Virus record (IMG/VR): IMGVR_UViG_3300030021_000027 | DNA length: 13,114 bases | Direction: 5' to 3' (one strand) | DNA from: a virus | Lineage: Duplodnaviria; Heunggongvirae; Uroviricota; Caudoviricetes | Shown here: piece after piece, positions 1 through 8,223 of the stretch | Layout: each line of letters begins with the position of its first letter | Numbering within the stretch: position 1 is the first letter of the stretch | Program-made: the position numbers and the translations under genes | The notes under the pieces: model-generated | Databases searched by the model: none | What the model was told of the DNA's origin: nothing | The model's input: the letters and a program-made list of their open reading frames with translations, nothing else

Positions 1-318
1 TACTGGCGAGAAACACGCCTTTTTCAGATAACTTGATCATTAAATGCTCCAGATATCTGCGCACCGTGAAGTGCGCAAAAAGATAATAAATGGATATACT
101 CTAAATAATTCGAGTTGCAGGAAGGCGACAAGCGAGTGAATCCCCAGGAGCTTACATAAGTAAGTGACTGGGGTGAGCGAACGCAGACGCAGCACATGCA
201 ACTCAAATTATTTAGAGTATATCCATTTATTATCTTTCTGCGCACTTCACGGTGCGCAGATATCTGGAGCATTTGATGATCAAGTTATCTGAAAAAGGCG
301 TGTTTCTCGCCAGTAATA
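1..318. repeat. ERIC/IRU-like element embedded in a long imperfect palindrome (arms about 1-115 and 201-318)
   Basis: Core at 136-179 contains both classic ERIC primer target sequences (GTGAATCCCCAGGAGCTTACAT and AAGTAAGTGACTGGGGTGAGCG). Positions 1-43 are the exact reverse complement of 276-318, and 61-110 is the reverse complement of 206-255 with one mismatch. Confidence 0.8.
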
Positions 319-2537
319 ACGAAATAATTGCTGAAGAACATTTCACCGGCGAAATTAAAAAAGAAGAAGCCAAAAAAGGCACTATTGCCTGGTCTATTCT
401 CTCTTCGCATAATACGTCCGGAAATATGGATAAACTTAAAATTAAGTTTGATTCATTAGCCTCTCACGATATTACCTTTGTTGGTATTGTACAGACCGCT
501 AAAGCGTCCGGTATGGAACGTTTCCCGCTGCCGTATGTGCTGACCAACTGCCATAACTCACTCTGCGCCGTCGGCGGCACCATTAACGGTGATGACCATG
601 TTTTTGGTTTATCGGCAGCTCAGCGTTATGGCGGTATTTTTGTGCCTCCGCATATTGCGGTCATCCATCAATATATGCGTGAGATGATGGCAGGCGGCGG
701 CAAAATGATCCTCGGGTCAGACAGCCACACCCGTTACGGTGCATTAGGGACAATGGCAGTCGGTGAGGGCGGTGGTGAGTTGGTAAAACAGCTGCTTAAT
801 GACACTTGGGATATCGACTATCCGGGAGTTGTTGCGGTGCATCTGACCGGAAAACCAGCGCCGTATGTGGGGCCGCAGGATGTGGCGCTGGCTATCATTG
901 GCGCGGTGTTCAAAAACGGTTACGTCAAAAACAAAGTCATGGAGTTCGTTGGACCGGGCGTTAGCGCGCTCTCTACCGATTTCCGTAACAGCGTTGACGT
1001 GATGACCACGGAAACCACCTGTTTAAGCTCCGTCTGGCAAACTGATGAAGAAGTGCATAACTGGCTGGCGCTGCACGGTCGCGGCCAGGATTACTGCCAG
1101 CTTAACCCTCAACCGATGGCGTACTACGATGGCTGCATCAGCGTTGATTTAAGCGCCATCAAACCAATGATTGCGCTGCCGTTCCACCCGAGCAACGTGT
1201 ATGAAATCGACACACTGAACCAGAACCTGACCGACATTCTGCGTGAGATTGAAATTGAGTCCGAACGCGTGGCGCACGGTAAAGCCAAACTCTCGCTGCT
1301 GGATAAAGTGGAAAATGGTCGCCTGAAAGTGCAGCAGGGGATTATCGCGGGCTGTTCTGGCGGTAACTACGAAAACGTCATCGCGGCGGCGAATGCACTG
1401 CGCGGTCAATCCTGTGGCAATGACACCTTCTCGCTGGCAGTTTACCCGTCATCACAGCCGGTGTTTATGGATCTCGCCAAAAAAGGTGTGGTAGCAGATT
1501 TGATTGGCGCAGGCGCAATCATCAGAACCGCGTTCTGCGGCCCATGCTTTGGCGCGGGCGATACGCCAATCAACAACGGATTAAGTATTCGCCACACCAC
1601 GCGTAACTTCCCGAACCGCGAAGGCTCTAAGCCAGCTAATGGGCAGATGTCAGCGGTGGCGTTGATGGACGCTCGTTCTATCGCTGCGACTGCGGCAAAC
1701 GGTGGCTATTTAACCTCTGCCAGCGAACTTGATTGCTGGGACAACGTGCCGGAGTACGCCTTCGATGTAACGCCGTATAAAAACCGTGTTTATCAGGGCT
1801 TTGTGAAAGGGGCAACTCAGCAACCGCTGATTTACGGACCGAACATTAAAGACTGGCCGGAATTGGGTGCGCTGACTGACAATATCGTCCTGAAAGTGTG
1901 CTCGAAGATCCTCGACGAAGTGACCACCACCGACGAACTGATTCCTTCCGGTGAAACCTCTTCTTATCGTTCAAATCCGATTGGTCTGGCGGAGTTTACC
2001 CTGTCACGCCGCGATCCCGGTTATGTTGGCAGAAGTAAAGCGACTGCTGAGCTGGAAAATCAGCGTCTGGCGGGGAATGTCAGCGAGCTGACAGAGGTGT
2101 TTGCGCGCATTAAGCAGATTGCTGGTCAGGAGCATATTGATCCGCTGCAAACTGAAATTGGCAGCATGGTATATGCGGTGAAACCAGGCGATGGTTCTGC
2201 GCGTGAACAGGCGGCGAGCTGCCAGCGTGTGATTGGCGGTCTGGCGAATATTGCCGAAGAGTACGCGACTAAACGCTACCGTTCTAACGTCATCAACTGG
2301 GGGATGTTACCGCTGCAGATGGCGGAAGTGCCAACCTTTGAAGTGGGGGATTACATTTACATCCCTGGCATTAAAGCGGCGCTGGATAATCCGGGTACGA
2401 CGTTTAAAGGTTATGTGATCCATGAAGATGCGCCGGTAACGGAAATTACGCTCTATATGGAAAGTCTGACTGCTGAAGAGCGCGAGATTATCAAGGCGGG
2501 TAGTTTGATTAACTTCAATAAAAACCGTCAGATGTAA
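276..2537 (+). CDS. ybhJ: Aconitase-family protein YbhJ (753 aa from ATG at 276; the track ORF begins at an upstream GTG at 252)
   Basis: Long ORF whose translation ([18 protein letters not shown]...) I recognise as E. coli YbhJ. GGAG lies 7 nt upstream of the ATG at 276. Host-like GC content and synteny with ybhC and the att site. Confidence 0.88.
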   Translation: MIKLSEKGVFLASNNEIIAEEHFTGEIKKEEAKKGTIAWSILSSHNTSGNMDKLKIKFDSLASHDITFVGIVQTAKASGMERFPLPYVLTNCHNSLCAVGGTINGDDHVFGLSAAQRYGGIFVPPHIAVIHQYMREMMAGGGKMILGSDSHTRYGALGTMAVGEGGGELVKQLLNDTWDIDYPGVVAVHLTGKPAPYVGPQDVALAIIGAVFKNGYVKNKVMEFVGPGVSALSTDFRNSVDVMTTETTCLSSVWQTDEEVHNWLALHGRGQDYCQLNPQPMAYYDGCISVDLSAIKPMIALPFHPSNVYEIDTLNQNLTDILREIEIESERVAHGKAKLSLLDKVENGRLKVQQGIIAGCSGGNYENVIAAANALRGQSCGNDTFSLAVYPSSQPVFMDLAKKGVVADLIGAGAIIRTAFCGPCFGAGDTPINNGLSIRHTTRNFPNREGSKPANGQMSAVALMDARSIAATAANGGYLTSASELDCWDNVPEYAFDVTPYKNRVYQGFVKGATQQPLIYGPNIKDWPELGALTDNIVLKVCSKILDEVTTTDELIPSGETSSYRSNPIGLAEFTLSRRDPGYVGRSKATAELENQRLAGNVSELTEVFARIKQIAGQEHIDPLQTEIGSMVYAVKPGDGSAREQAASCQRVIGGLANIAEEYATKRYRSNVINWGMLPLQMAEVPTFEVGDYIYIPGIKAALDNPGTTFKGYVIHEDAPVTEITLYMESLTAEEREIIKAGSLINFNKNRQM

Positions 2538-2552
2538 AAAGCGCCATGTGAA

Positions 2553-2663
<111 letters not shown>

Positions 2664-2678
2664 AATAGTTAATAGCTC

Positions 2679-3962
2679 TTACTTCTTCGCCTCTGCAACC
2701 ACTTTACTACCCACGCCGCGGTTATTGTATTCCCACATGCGGTTGTAGTTAGTGTCATTCAGATTGCGCTGTATTTCGTCGTTATCATCTACGCTGCCGG
2801 TATTACCCGCAAACGGACGATTAGAGATCACCGCATCGGCCCACGGTTTAGCCGTGTTAAAACCTTCGTTGATGGCGCTATCACGGATCACCACCTGACC
2901 GTTGGTATTGGCATCAACATCCAGCGAGCGGCCCAGTTGCGCCACACCATCACCGAAAGCATTGAAACGGCTGTTTACGGCGAGGAAACCGTAGTAAATG
3001 TTGGACAGCGTAGCCGGTGCAAACACATACGCTTCTTGCTGAGTACGTGAGTTCACCACGCGGAATTCGGTGTTATCGAACACCACTGCGCCGCGACCAG
3101 AAACGATATCCACATCCCCTTCAATGTAGCTGTTGGTCACCAGCGTACGCGGCTGACGGTTGGTTTCCAGACGGTTCTGCACACCGCTGTTGGTGACAAA
3201 GAAGGTGTTCTGACGACCGAGAATGTTAACGTTGTTAATCTGTACCTGGTCACCATCAGTACGCAGTGCCACCGCCGGATGGTTACCTGCATCTACGCTA
3301 TCGCCCAGCGTGTTTTCGATGGTCAGATTTTGCAGTTGCAGGCCATTGTTTTGTGACCAGAAGACCGCAGAGCAGAGAACACCGATACTGTCGCTGCGTT
3401 TGCTCTGGCAGCTATCGTACATATACCACGCTGGTTTACCTGGCATATATTTGCCGCGCGGGTTGACGTCGTGACGCCAGTCGGCAGGGCTCATGCCCCC
3501 ATCAAGGGAAAGCCCAATCTTCACATCAATCGGTTTTTCACCTGTACCGTACAGAGTAATTCCACCCGGAGCAGCAGGGACATACACCGTTCCCTGATAC
3601 TCACCAGGCATCACGGCAATATACTGGCGCTTGTTAGTGCGCTTGATAATTGCCGCATCTACCGCCGCCTGAATCGTGGTATGCGTTACACCTTGAGTAC
3701 CCGCCGGGCCGACAACAAAGTCAGGTTGCGCAGGCAGGGTAATCGGGGAAGGATTCCACGCTGCAGCACCTGGTGTCAGGGATGCAAAATAGTGTTGAGC
3801 ATCGAAATTCTGCGCTTCTTTTGCCGACAGAATCGGGCGAGAAGAGGTACCAGGCGCGGTTTGATCAGAAGGACGTTGATCGGGTGGTGTTGAGCTACAG
3901 GCGGTCAGCGTCACGCCAAAAGCCAATGCCAGCGCCAGACGGGAAACTGAAAATGTGTTCAC
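2679..3962 (-). CDS. ybhC: Outer-membrane lipoprotein YbhC (pectinesterase-like / acyl-CoA thioesterase family), 427 aa
   Basis: ORF translation begins MNTFSVSRLALALAFGVTLTACSS with a lipobox (LTAC). Recognised as YbhC, the gene that flanks attB-lambda in E. coli. Confidence 0.9.
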   Translation of the reverse strand: MNTFSVSRLALALAFGVTLTACSSTPPDQRPSDQTAPGTSSRPILSAKEAQNFDAQHYFASLTPGAAAWNPSPITLPAQPDFVVGPAGTQGVTHTTIQAAVDAAIIKRTNKRQYIAVMPGEYQGTVYVPAAPGGITLYGTGEKPIDVKIGLSLDGGMSPADWRHDVNPRGKYMPGKPAWYMYDSCQSKRSDSIGVLCSAVFWSQNNGLQLQNLTIENTLGDSVDAGNHPAVALRTDGDQVQINNVNILGRQNTFFVTNSGVQNRLETNRQPRTLVTNSYIEGDVDIVSGRGAVVFDNTEFRVVNSRTQQEAYVFAPATLSNIYYGFLAVNSRFNAFGDGVAQLGRSLDVDANTNGQVVIRDSAINEGFNTAKPWADAVISNRPFAGNTGSVDDNDEIQRNLNDTNYNRMWEYNNRGVGSKVVAEAKK

Positions 3963-3994
3963 AGGTTGCTCCGGGCTATGAAATAGAAAAATGA

Positions 3995-4100
3995 ATCCGT
4001 TGAAGCCTGCTTTTTTATACTAAGTTGGCATTATAAAAAAGCATTGCTTATCAATTTGTTGCAACGAACAGGTCACTATCAGTCAAAATAAAATCATTAT
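3995..4100. other. attL: Phage lambda attL (B-O-P'): bacterial B arm, 15-bp core at 4009-4023, P' arm with Int arm-type sites
   Basis: Core GCTTTTTTATACTAA at 4009-4023 is preceded by attB-type sequence (CCGTTGAAGCCTGC) and followed by lambda P' arm sequence (GTTGGCATTATAAAAAAGCATTGCTTATCAATTTGTTGCAACGAACAGGTCACTATCAGTCAAAATAAAATCATT) running into the int 3' end. Confidence 0.9.
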
Positions 4101-5167
4101 TTGATTTCAATTTTGTCCCACTCCCTGCCTCTGTCATCACGATACTGTGATGCCATGGTGTCCGACTTATGCCCGAGAAGATGTTGAGCAAACTTATCGC
4201 TTATCTGCTTCTCATAGAGTCTTGCAGACAAACTGCGCAACTCGTGAAAGGTAGGCGGATCCCCTTCGAAGGAAAGACCTGATGCTTTTCGTGCGCGCAT
4301 AAAATACCTTGATACTGTGCCGGATGAAAGCGGTTCGCGACGAGTAGATGCAATTATGGTTTCTCCGCCAAGAATCTCTTTGCATTTATCAAGTGTTTCC
4401 TTCATTGATATTCCGAGAGCATCAACATGCAATACTGTTGGGATGGCAATTTTTACGCCTGTTTTGCTTTGCTCGACATAAAGATATCCATCTACGATAT
4501 CAGACCACTTCATTTCGCATAAATCACCAACTCGTTGCCCGGTAACAACAGCCAGTTCCATTGCAAGTCTGAGCCAACATGGTAATGATTCTGCTGCTTG
4601 ATAAATTTTCAGGTATTCGTCAGCCGTAAGTCTTGATCTCCTTACCTCTGATTTTGCTGCGCGAGTGGCAGCGACAGGGTTTGTTGTTATATGGCCTTCA
4701 GCTATTGCCTCTCGGAATGCATCGCTCAGTGTTGATCTGATTAACTTGGCTGACGCCGCCTTGCCCTCGTCTATGTATCCATTGAGCATTGCCGCAATTT
4801 CTTTTGTGGTGATGTCTTCAAGTGGAGCATCAGGCAGACCCCTCCTTATTGCTTTAATTTTGCTCATGTAATTTATGAGTGTCTTCTGCTTGATTCCTCT
4901 GCTGGCCAGGATTTTTTCGTAGCGATCAAGCCATGAATGTAACGTAACGGAATTATCACTGTTGATTCTCGCTGTCAGAGGCTTGTGTTTGTGTCCTGAA
5001 AATAACTCAATGTTGGCCTGTATAGCTTCAGTGATTGCGATTCGCCTGTCTCTGCCTAATCCAAACTCTTTACCCGTCCTTGGGTCCCTGTAGCAGTAAT
5101 ATCCATTGTTTCTTATATAAAGGTTAGGGGGTAAATCCCGGCGCTCATGACTTCGCCTTCTTCCCAT
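4097..5167 (-). CDS. int: Lambda-type tyrosine integrase Int, 356 aa
   Basis: Translation MGRRRSHERRDLPPNLYIRNNGYYCYRDPRTGKEFGLGRDRR... matches phage lambda Int over its full length by my recall. It is adjacent to attL and transcribed toward it, as in a lambda prophage. Confidence 0.97.
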   Translation of the reverse strand: MGRRRSHERRDLPPNLYIRNNGYYCYRDPRTGKEFGLGRDRRIAITEAIQANIELFSGHKHKPLTARINSDNSVTLHSWLDRYEKILASRGIKQKTLINYMSKIKAIRRGLPDAPLEDITTKEIAAMLNGYIDEGKAASAKLIRSTLSDAFREAIAEGHITTNPVAATRAAKSEVRRSRLTADEYLKIYQAAESLPCWLRLAMELAVVTGQRVGDLCEMKWSDIVDGYLYVEQSKTGVKIAIPTVLHVDALGISMKETLDKCKEILGGETIIASTRREPLSSGTVSRYFMRARKASGLSFEGDPPTFHELRSLSARLYEKQISDKFAQHLLGHKSDTMASQYRDDRGREWDKIEIK

Positions 5168-5363
5168 TTCTGATCCTCTTCAAAAGGCTACCTGTTACTG
5201 GTCGATTTAAGTCAACCTTTACCGCTGATTCGTGGAACAGATACTCTCTTCCATCCTTAACCGGAGGAGGGAATATCCTGCACTCGCGTACCCATCGACG
5301 AACTGTTTCAAGGCTTCTTGGGCGTCGCTGGCGTGCGTTCCACTCCTGAAGTGTCAAGTACAT
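5145..5363 (-). CDS. xis: Lambda-type excisionase Xis, 72 aa
   Basis: Translation MYLTLQEWNARQRRPRSLETVRRWVRECRIFPPPVKDGREYLFHESAVKVDL... It overlaps the int start by 23 nt, as in lambda. Confidence 0.95.
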   Translation of the reverse strand: MYLTLQEWNARQRRPRSLETVRRWVRECRIFPPPVKDGREYLFHESAVKVDLNRPVTGSLLKRIRNGKKAKS

Positions 5364-5389
5364 CGCAAAGTCTCCGCAATTACACGCAA

Positions 5390-5412
5390 GAAAAAACCGC
5401 CATCAGGCGGCT
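5390..5412 (-). terminator. Candidate rho-independent terminator (minus strand) at the 3' end of the orf55-like gene
   Basis: Minus-strand GC stem (GCCGCC/GGCGGT, 4-nt loop) followed by a run of six T (plus-strand A-tract 5391-5396). Confidence 0.4.
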
Positions 5413-5570
5413 TGGTGTTCTTTCAGTTCTTCAATTCGAATATTGGTTACGTCTGCATGTGCTATCTGCGCCCATATCATCCAGTGGTTATAACAGTCGT
5501 TGATGTTCTCTGCTTCGATAACCCTGTTGAATGGCTCTCCATTCCATTCACCTGTGACTCGGAAGTGCAT
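5403..5570 (-). CDS. Small lambdoid early-left ORF (55 aa, lambda orf55-like); not in the supplied ORF track
   Basis: My own translation of the minus strand gives MHFRVTGEWNGEPFNRVIEAENINDCYNHWMIWAQIAHADVTNIRIEELKEHQAA. GGAG lies 7 nt upstream of the ATG at 5570. Position immediately upstream of xis matches lambda organisation. Confidence 0.55.
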   Translation of the reverse strand: MHFRVTGEWNGEPFNRVIEAENINDCYNHWMIWAQIAHADVTNIRIEELKEHQAA

Positions 5571-5583
5571 TTATCATCTCCAT

Positions 5584-5607
5584 AAAACAAAACTCGCCGT
5601 AGCGAGT
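5584..5607 (-). terminator. Candidate rho-independent terminator (minus strand) downstream of the 142-aa gene
   Basis: Inverted repeat ACTCGC-CGTA-GCGAGT followed on the minus strand by TTTGTTTT. Confidence 0.45.
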
Positions 5608-5653
5608 TCAGATATAATTTCCACCAAAGGCAGTAGTTGCTTGATGCTAAGAA

Positions 5654-6082
5654 TTATTCAATATCTATTCCTGTAATATCTTTTATCTTTTTCCTTGCAA
5701 AGCCTTTTGCTAGTGATTTTGAAACACTCATAAGTGTACTAATTCCCTCATCCTTAAAGTTTGTTTTTATAGCTTGCCAGACATCCTTTTGACGTAAGTC
5801 AGCAATAAAATCATGCCCTCTTGCTGTCAACCTCAGTGGTACTTCGATCCAACTATATCCAACACCTTCCCCTAACGCTTTGGACAATATATGACCGAAC
5901 CCAGGTTTTCCATCAACCCTGACTATTAATTCGTAGTCACATAATAATCGCATATGGAAAATAAAATCTTGGTCATATCTATTAAAGCCATTATCCTCTA
6001 GTTCACTAAGCATCGTGTCAGGGCCACGAGTTTTTTCGAATGCGATAAGTAGATCTTTTAGATATTGCTGGTCTAATTTCAT
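5654..6082 (-). CDS. Hypothetical protein, 142 aa (phage accessory gene, function unknown)
   Basis: ORF with strong RBS (GGAGG, 5-nt spacer) before the ATG at 6082. AT-rich relative to flanks. No family recognised by eye. Confidence 0.7.
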   Translation of the reverse strand: MKLDQQYLKDLLIAFEKTRGPDTMLSELEDNGFNRYDQDFIFHMRLLCDYELIVRVDGKPGFGHILSKALGEGVGYSWIEVPLRLTARGHDFIADLRQKDVWQAIKTNFKDEGISTLMSVSKSLAKGFARKKIKDITGIDIE

Positions 6083-6110
6083 TGCCGCCTCCGTGACATG
6101 TCACAGAGAT

Positions 6111-6449
6111 TTATATCATTAATTTTGTTTCGTGCCAGCCTTTGGTCACCCAGCATTGTGAGTCACCATTACACGGGCATGAATTAACAGGAACTCTCTC
6201 GCCGCACTTACCGCACCGTTTTCTGCTGATCGATTTTATACGCCAGCGCACACGTGCATCATCCTGGCGGCTCAGTAACGCGATGTACTCACCAAACTCG
6301 CAAGGCGCACGCCTGAAGCGACGCGTGGCACAGTTACGCTCCAGCATTTCAATTTCCTGAGCATCAAGTACAAGCTCCAGCTTACGCATACCGGATGATG
6401 CTTGCTTGGCTCTCTGATCGGCTTTGTGCTCTGTTGCTGATTTAGCCAT
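6111..6449 (-). CDS. Hypothetical protein, 112 aa, with a C-terminal Cys-rich (zinc-ribbon-like) region
   Basis: ORF with AGGAAA RBS about 7 nt upstream of the ATG at 6449. C-terminus reads RKRCGKCGERVPVNSCPCNGDSQCW. Ends 28 bp upstream of the 142-aa gene, suggesting an operon. Confidence 0.65.
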   Translation of the reverse strand: MAKSATEHKADQRAKQASSGMRKLELVLDAQEIEMLERNCATRRFRRAPCEFGEYIALLSRQDDARVRWRIKSISRKRCGKCGERVPVNSCPCNGDSQCWVTKGWHETKLMI

Positions 6450-6645
6450 TCTGCTTTTCCTGCATCAGGAGAAAGACAATCATGGCGGCGCGGATACTTC
6501 CGGTATCTTTTTACGCGATATTCCCCTTCAATGGCACATACAAGAAGAGAGCCATCAACAGGAGTGATTGAGGAATCGACAACCAGCAACGCTTAATTAT
6601 CTATAGTGTCGTATTTGCTTCATAAAATATGGCGAATAACACAAA

Positions 6646-6677
6646 GCCCGCAGCAGCTCATTGTGCGGGCTTTTCTT
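6646..6677. terminator. Candidate bidirectional rho-independent terminator separating the two-gene cassette from the secreted-protein gene
   Basis: 7-bp GC-rich stem (GCCCGCA/TGCGGGC) followed by TTTTCTT on the plus strand and a weaker T-rich tail on the minus strand. Confidence 0.5.
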
Positions 6678-6742
6678 ATACCTACTTCCTAGAGATAATT
6701 CTATGGAGGCATTAAATCAATACTGTCATTGGTAATATCATA

Positions 6743-7357
6743 TTATCTAAAAGTCTTTCCACTTTTAACATCTAGGTATATTCTGTTCGACAACGTCATT
6801 CCTCCGCAATATGTGAAATAGATGTTTTCACCCTTATTGCTTGATGCCATCCACCCTCCGATTTCCTTAAAATCGCTTTCCGTGCAGACCCCTTCATTTA
6901 TTAACTTCCTAGCTGCCGAAGAAAACTCTTTTTTGTATATACGGTAGTCATCAGATCCTTTGATTAAAGTATCATCTCCGCTCGCATTTTCAGCAGGATC
7001 TGATGGCCTTTCACTGCTAAGATCACTAAGTTTAACCCATTCTGAAAACTTGCCATTAACGATTCCATTTTTTCTTGTGCAGGATTTATTACCTTCTTTA
7101 ATATATTCGCTTTCCCCTCCAACACATGAGGCTGAATATGGCTCAGTTATACGAACCCATTCACCTTTTTTTTCTAGAAAATCTACGCCTTCCCTGAAAA
7201 ATAGTTTCCCAGCCACTCCACATTTACTTGAAGGGCAGGTATGTCTTTCCGTTTGATCAACAACAACCCATAGTTTTGATTCATTTTTTGCCATTGCCGA
7301 TGGTATTTGAGATGAGACAATTAACGTAAGCCCTAAAATTAGTATTGATTTTTTCAT
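6743..7357 (-). CDS. Secreted Cys-rich hypothetical protein, 204 aa (signal peptide, probable SPase I site after AMA)
   Basis: N-terminus MKKSILILGLTLIVSSQIPSAMA-KNES is a typical Sec signal peptide with no lipobox. Six Cys in the mature part. AAGGAA RBS before the ATG. Very AT-rich gene with a terminator downstream. Confidence 0.75.
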   Translation of the reverse strand: MKKSILILGLTLIVSSQIPSAMAKNESKLWVVVDQTERHTCPSSKCGVAGKLFFREGVDFLEKKGEWVRITEPYSASCVGGESEYIKEGNKSCTRKNGIVNGKFSEWVKLSDLSSERPSDPAENASGDDTLIKGSDDYRIYKKEFSSAARKLINEGVCTESDFKEIGGWMASSNKGENIYFTYCGGMTLSNRIYLDVKSGKTFR

Positions 7358-7496
7358 TGTAATTTCCTTTTACTTTTTACAAAGCGTTTAATCATGGCTG
7401 ATTATCTCTAAGTGTAGTAACAGCCTTGTGCGAAACATGTTACCAAATCGCCATTTCAGTGTATCCGCAGTTAGGCTGCCACTTCAAGGATTCCTA

Positions 7497-7907
7497 ATTA
7501 CATGGTACGTAAGCGTAAAATCCCGTTGGTTGGCGGGTAATAACTCTGATCAAATCTCCCTTGTCTTTTGCTCTTACGTATGCAGCTCTTGTGTATTCAA
7601 CCCAGGCCTCCAGTTCAGCAATACGCTTACTTCCATCCGAGATAACACCTTCTACTCACGCTGCTCGTTGAGTTTTGATTTTTGCTGTCTCCAGCTCAAC
7701 ACGCAGTTTCCCCACCGTTAGCGCAATATCCTCGTTCTCCTGGTCGCGGCGTTTGATGTATTGCTGGTTTCTTTCCCGTTCATCCAGCAGTGTCAGCACA
7801 ATCGATGGTGTTACCAGCTCATGGAAAAGGTCCGCGTCAAATCCCCAGTTGTCAGGCATTGCCTGCTCTGCCGCTTCACGCAGTGCCTGAGAGTGAATTA
7901 CGCTCAC
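7497..7907 (-). pseudogene. Early-left hypothetical gene interrupted by an in-frame TGA (83 codons, TGA at 7656-7658, then 53 in-frame codons)
   Basis: The 83-aa ORF (7656-7907) ends at TGA. The same frame continues for 53 codons (VEGVISDGSKRIAELEAWVEYTRAAYVRAKDKGDLIRVITRQPTGFYAYVPCN) with no ATG/GTG/TTG start codon of its own, ending at TAG 7494-7496. Confidence 0.5.
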
Positions 7908-8125
7908 TTCGAACCTCTCTGTTTACTGATAAGCTCCAGATCTTCCTGGCAACTTGCACAAGTCCGACAACCCTGAACGGCCAGGCGTCTTAGCTCATCT
8001 ATGGGATCGCCACACTCACAACAATGAGTGGCAGATACAGCCTGGTGGTTCAGGCGGCGCATTTTTATTGCTGTGTTGCGCTGTAATTCTTCAATTTCTG
8101 ATGCTGAATCAATGATGTCTGCCAT
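7904..8125 (-). CDS. TraR/DksA-family C4 zinc-finger protein, 73 aa (lambda Orf73-like)
   Basis: Translation has the CxxC-x17-CxxC motif (CCECGDPIDELRRLAVQGCRTCASC) and the size typical of TraR-like phage proteins. Its stop overlaps the next gene's start (ATGA). Confidence 0.85.
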   Translation of the reverse strand: MADIIDSASEIEELQRNTAIKMRRLNHQAVSATHCCECGDPIDELRRLAVQGCRTCASCQEDLELISKQRGSK

Positions 8126-8178
8126 CTTCCATTAATCCCTGAATTGTTGGTTAATACGCTTGGGGGTAAATGCGAGCA

Positions 8179-8201
8179 ATAAAAAAGGAGCCTGTAGCTC
8201 C
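8179..8201 (-). terminator. Weak candidate terminator (minus strand) between the orf61-like and TraR-like genes
   Basis: Short GGAGC/GCTCC stem followed by a run of six T on the minus strand. Confidence 0.3.
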
Positions 8202-8223
8202 CTGATAATTTTGCTTTTCATGT

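Noticed and set aside
24-272. 82-aa minus-strand ORF upstream of ybhJ
   Set aside because: Lies entirely within the ERIC palindrome; repeat-derived open frame with no RBS or coding character.
1149-1409. 86-aa minus-strand ORF inside ybhJ
   Set aside because: Antisense to a recognised conserved gene; typical shadow ORF.
3223-3994. Four plus-strand ORFs (83, 66, 140, 73 aa) opposite ybhC
   Set aside because: Antisense to the recognised ybhC gene; low-complexity Arg/Ser-rich translations.
4348-4871. Two plus-strand ORFs (65 and 68 aa) opposite int
   Set aside because: Antisense to lambda int, which is recognised over its full length.
5232-5585. Plus-strand ORFs (117 and 61 aa) opposite xis and the orf55-like gene
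   Set aside because: Antisense to recognised xis and to an RBS-supported small ORF; no RBS of their own.
6481-6570. 29-codon plus-strand ORF with an upstream GGAGA
   Set aside because: Too short and unsupported; lies in the probable promoter region of the two-gene cassette. Cannot be excluded as a small protein but there is no positive evidence.
6142-6589. 72-aa plus-strand ORF and 105-aa minus-strand ORF (TTG start) overlapping the 112-aa gene
   Set aside because: The 112-aa frame has a good RBS and a coherent Cys-rich domain. The alternatives are antisense or out-of-frame overlaps, and the 105-aa ORF would start inside the promoter region.
6960-7256. 98-aa plus-strand ORF opposite the secreted-protein gene
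   Set aside because: Antisense shadow ORF; Ser/Leu/Pro-rich low-complexity translation.
7656-7658. In-frame TGA as a selenocysteine codon
   Set aside because: No SECIS-like stem-loop in the roughly 40 nt downstream; a nonsense mutation or sequencing error is more parsimonious.
7428-7993. Plus-strand ORFs (97, 71, 71, 67 aa) opposite the TGA-interrupted gene and the TraR-like gene
   Set aside because: Antisense to better-supported minus-strand genes; low-complexity translations.
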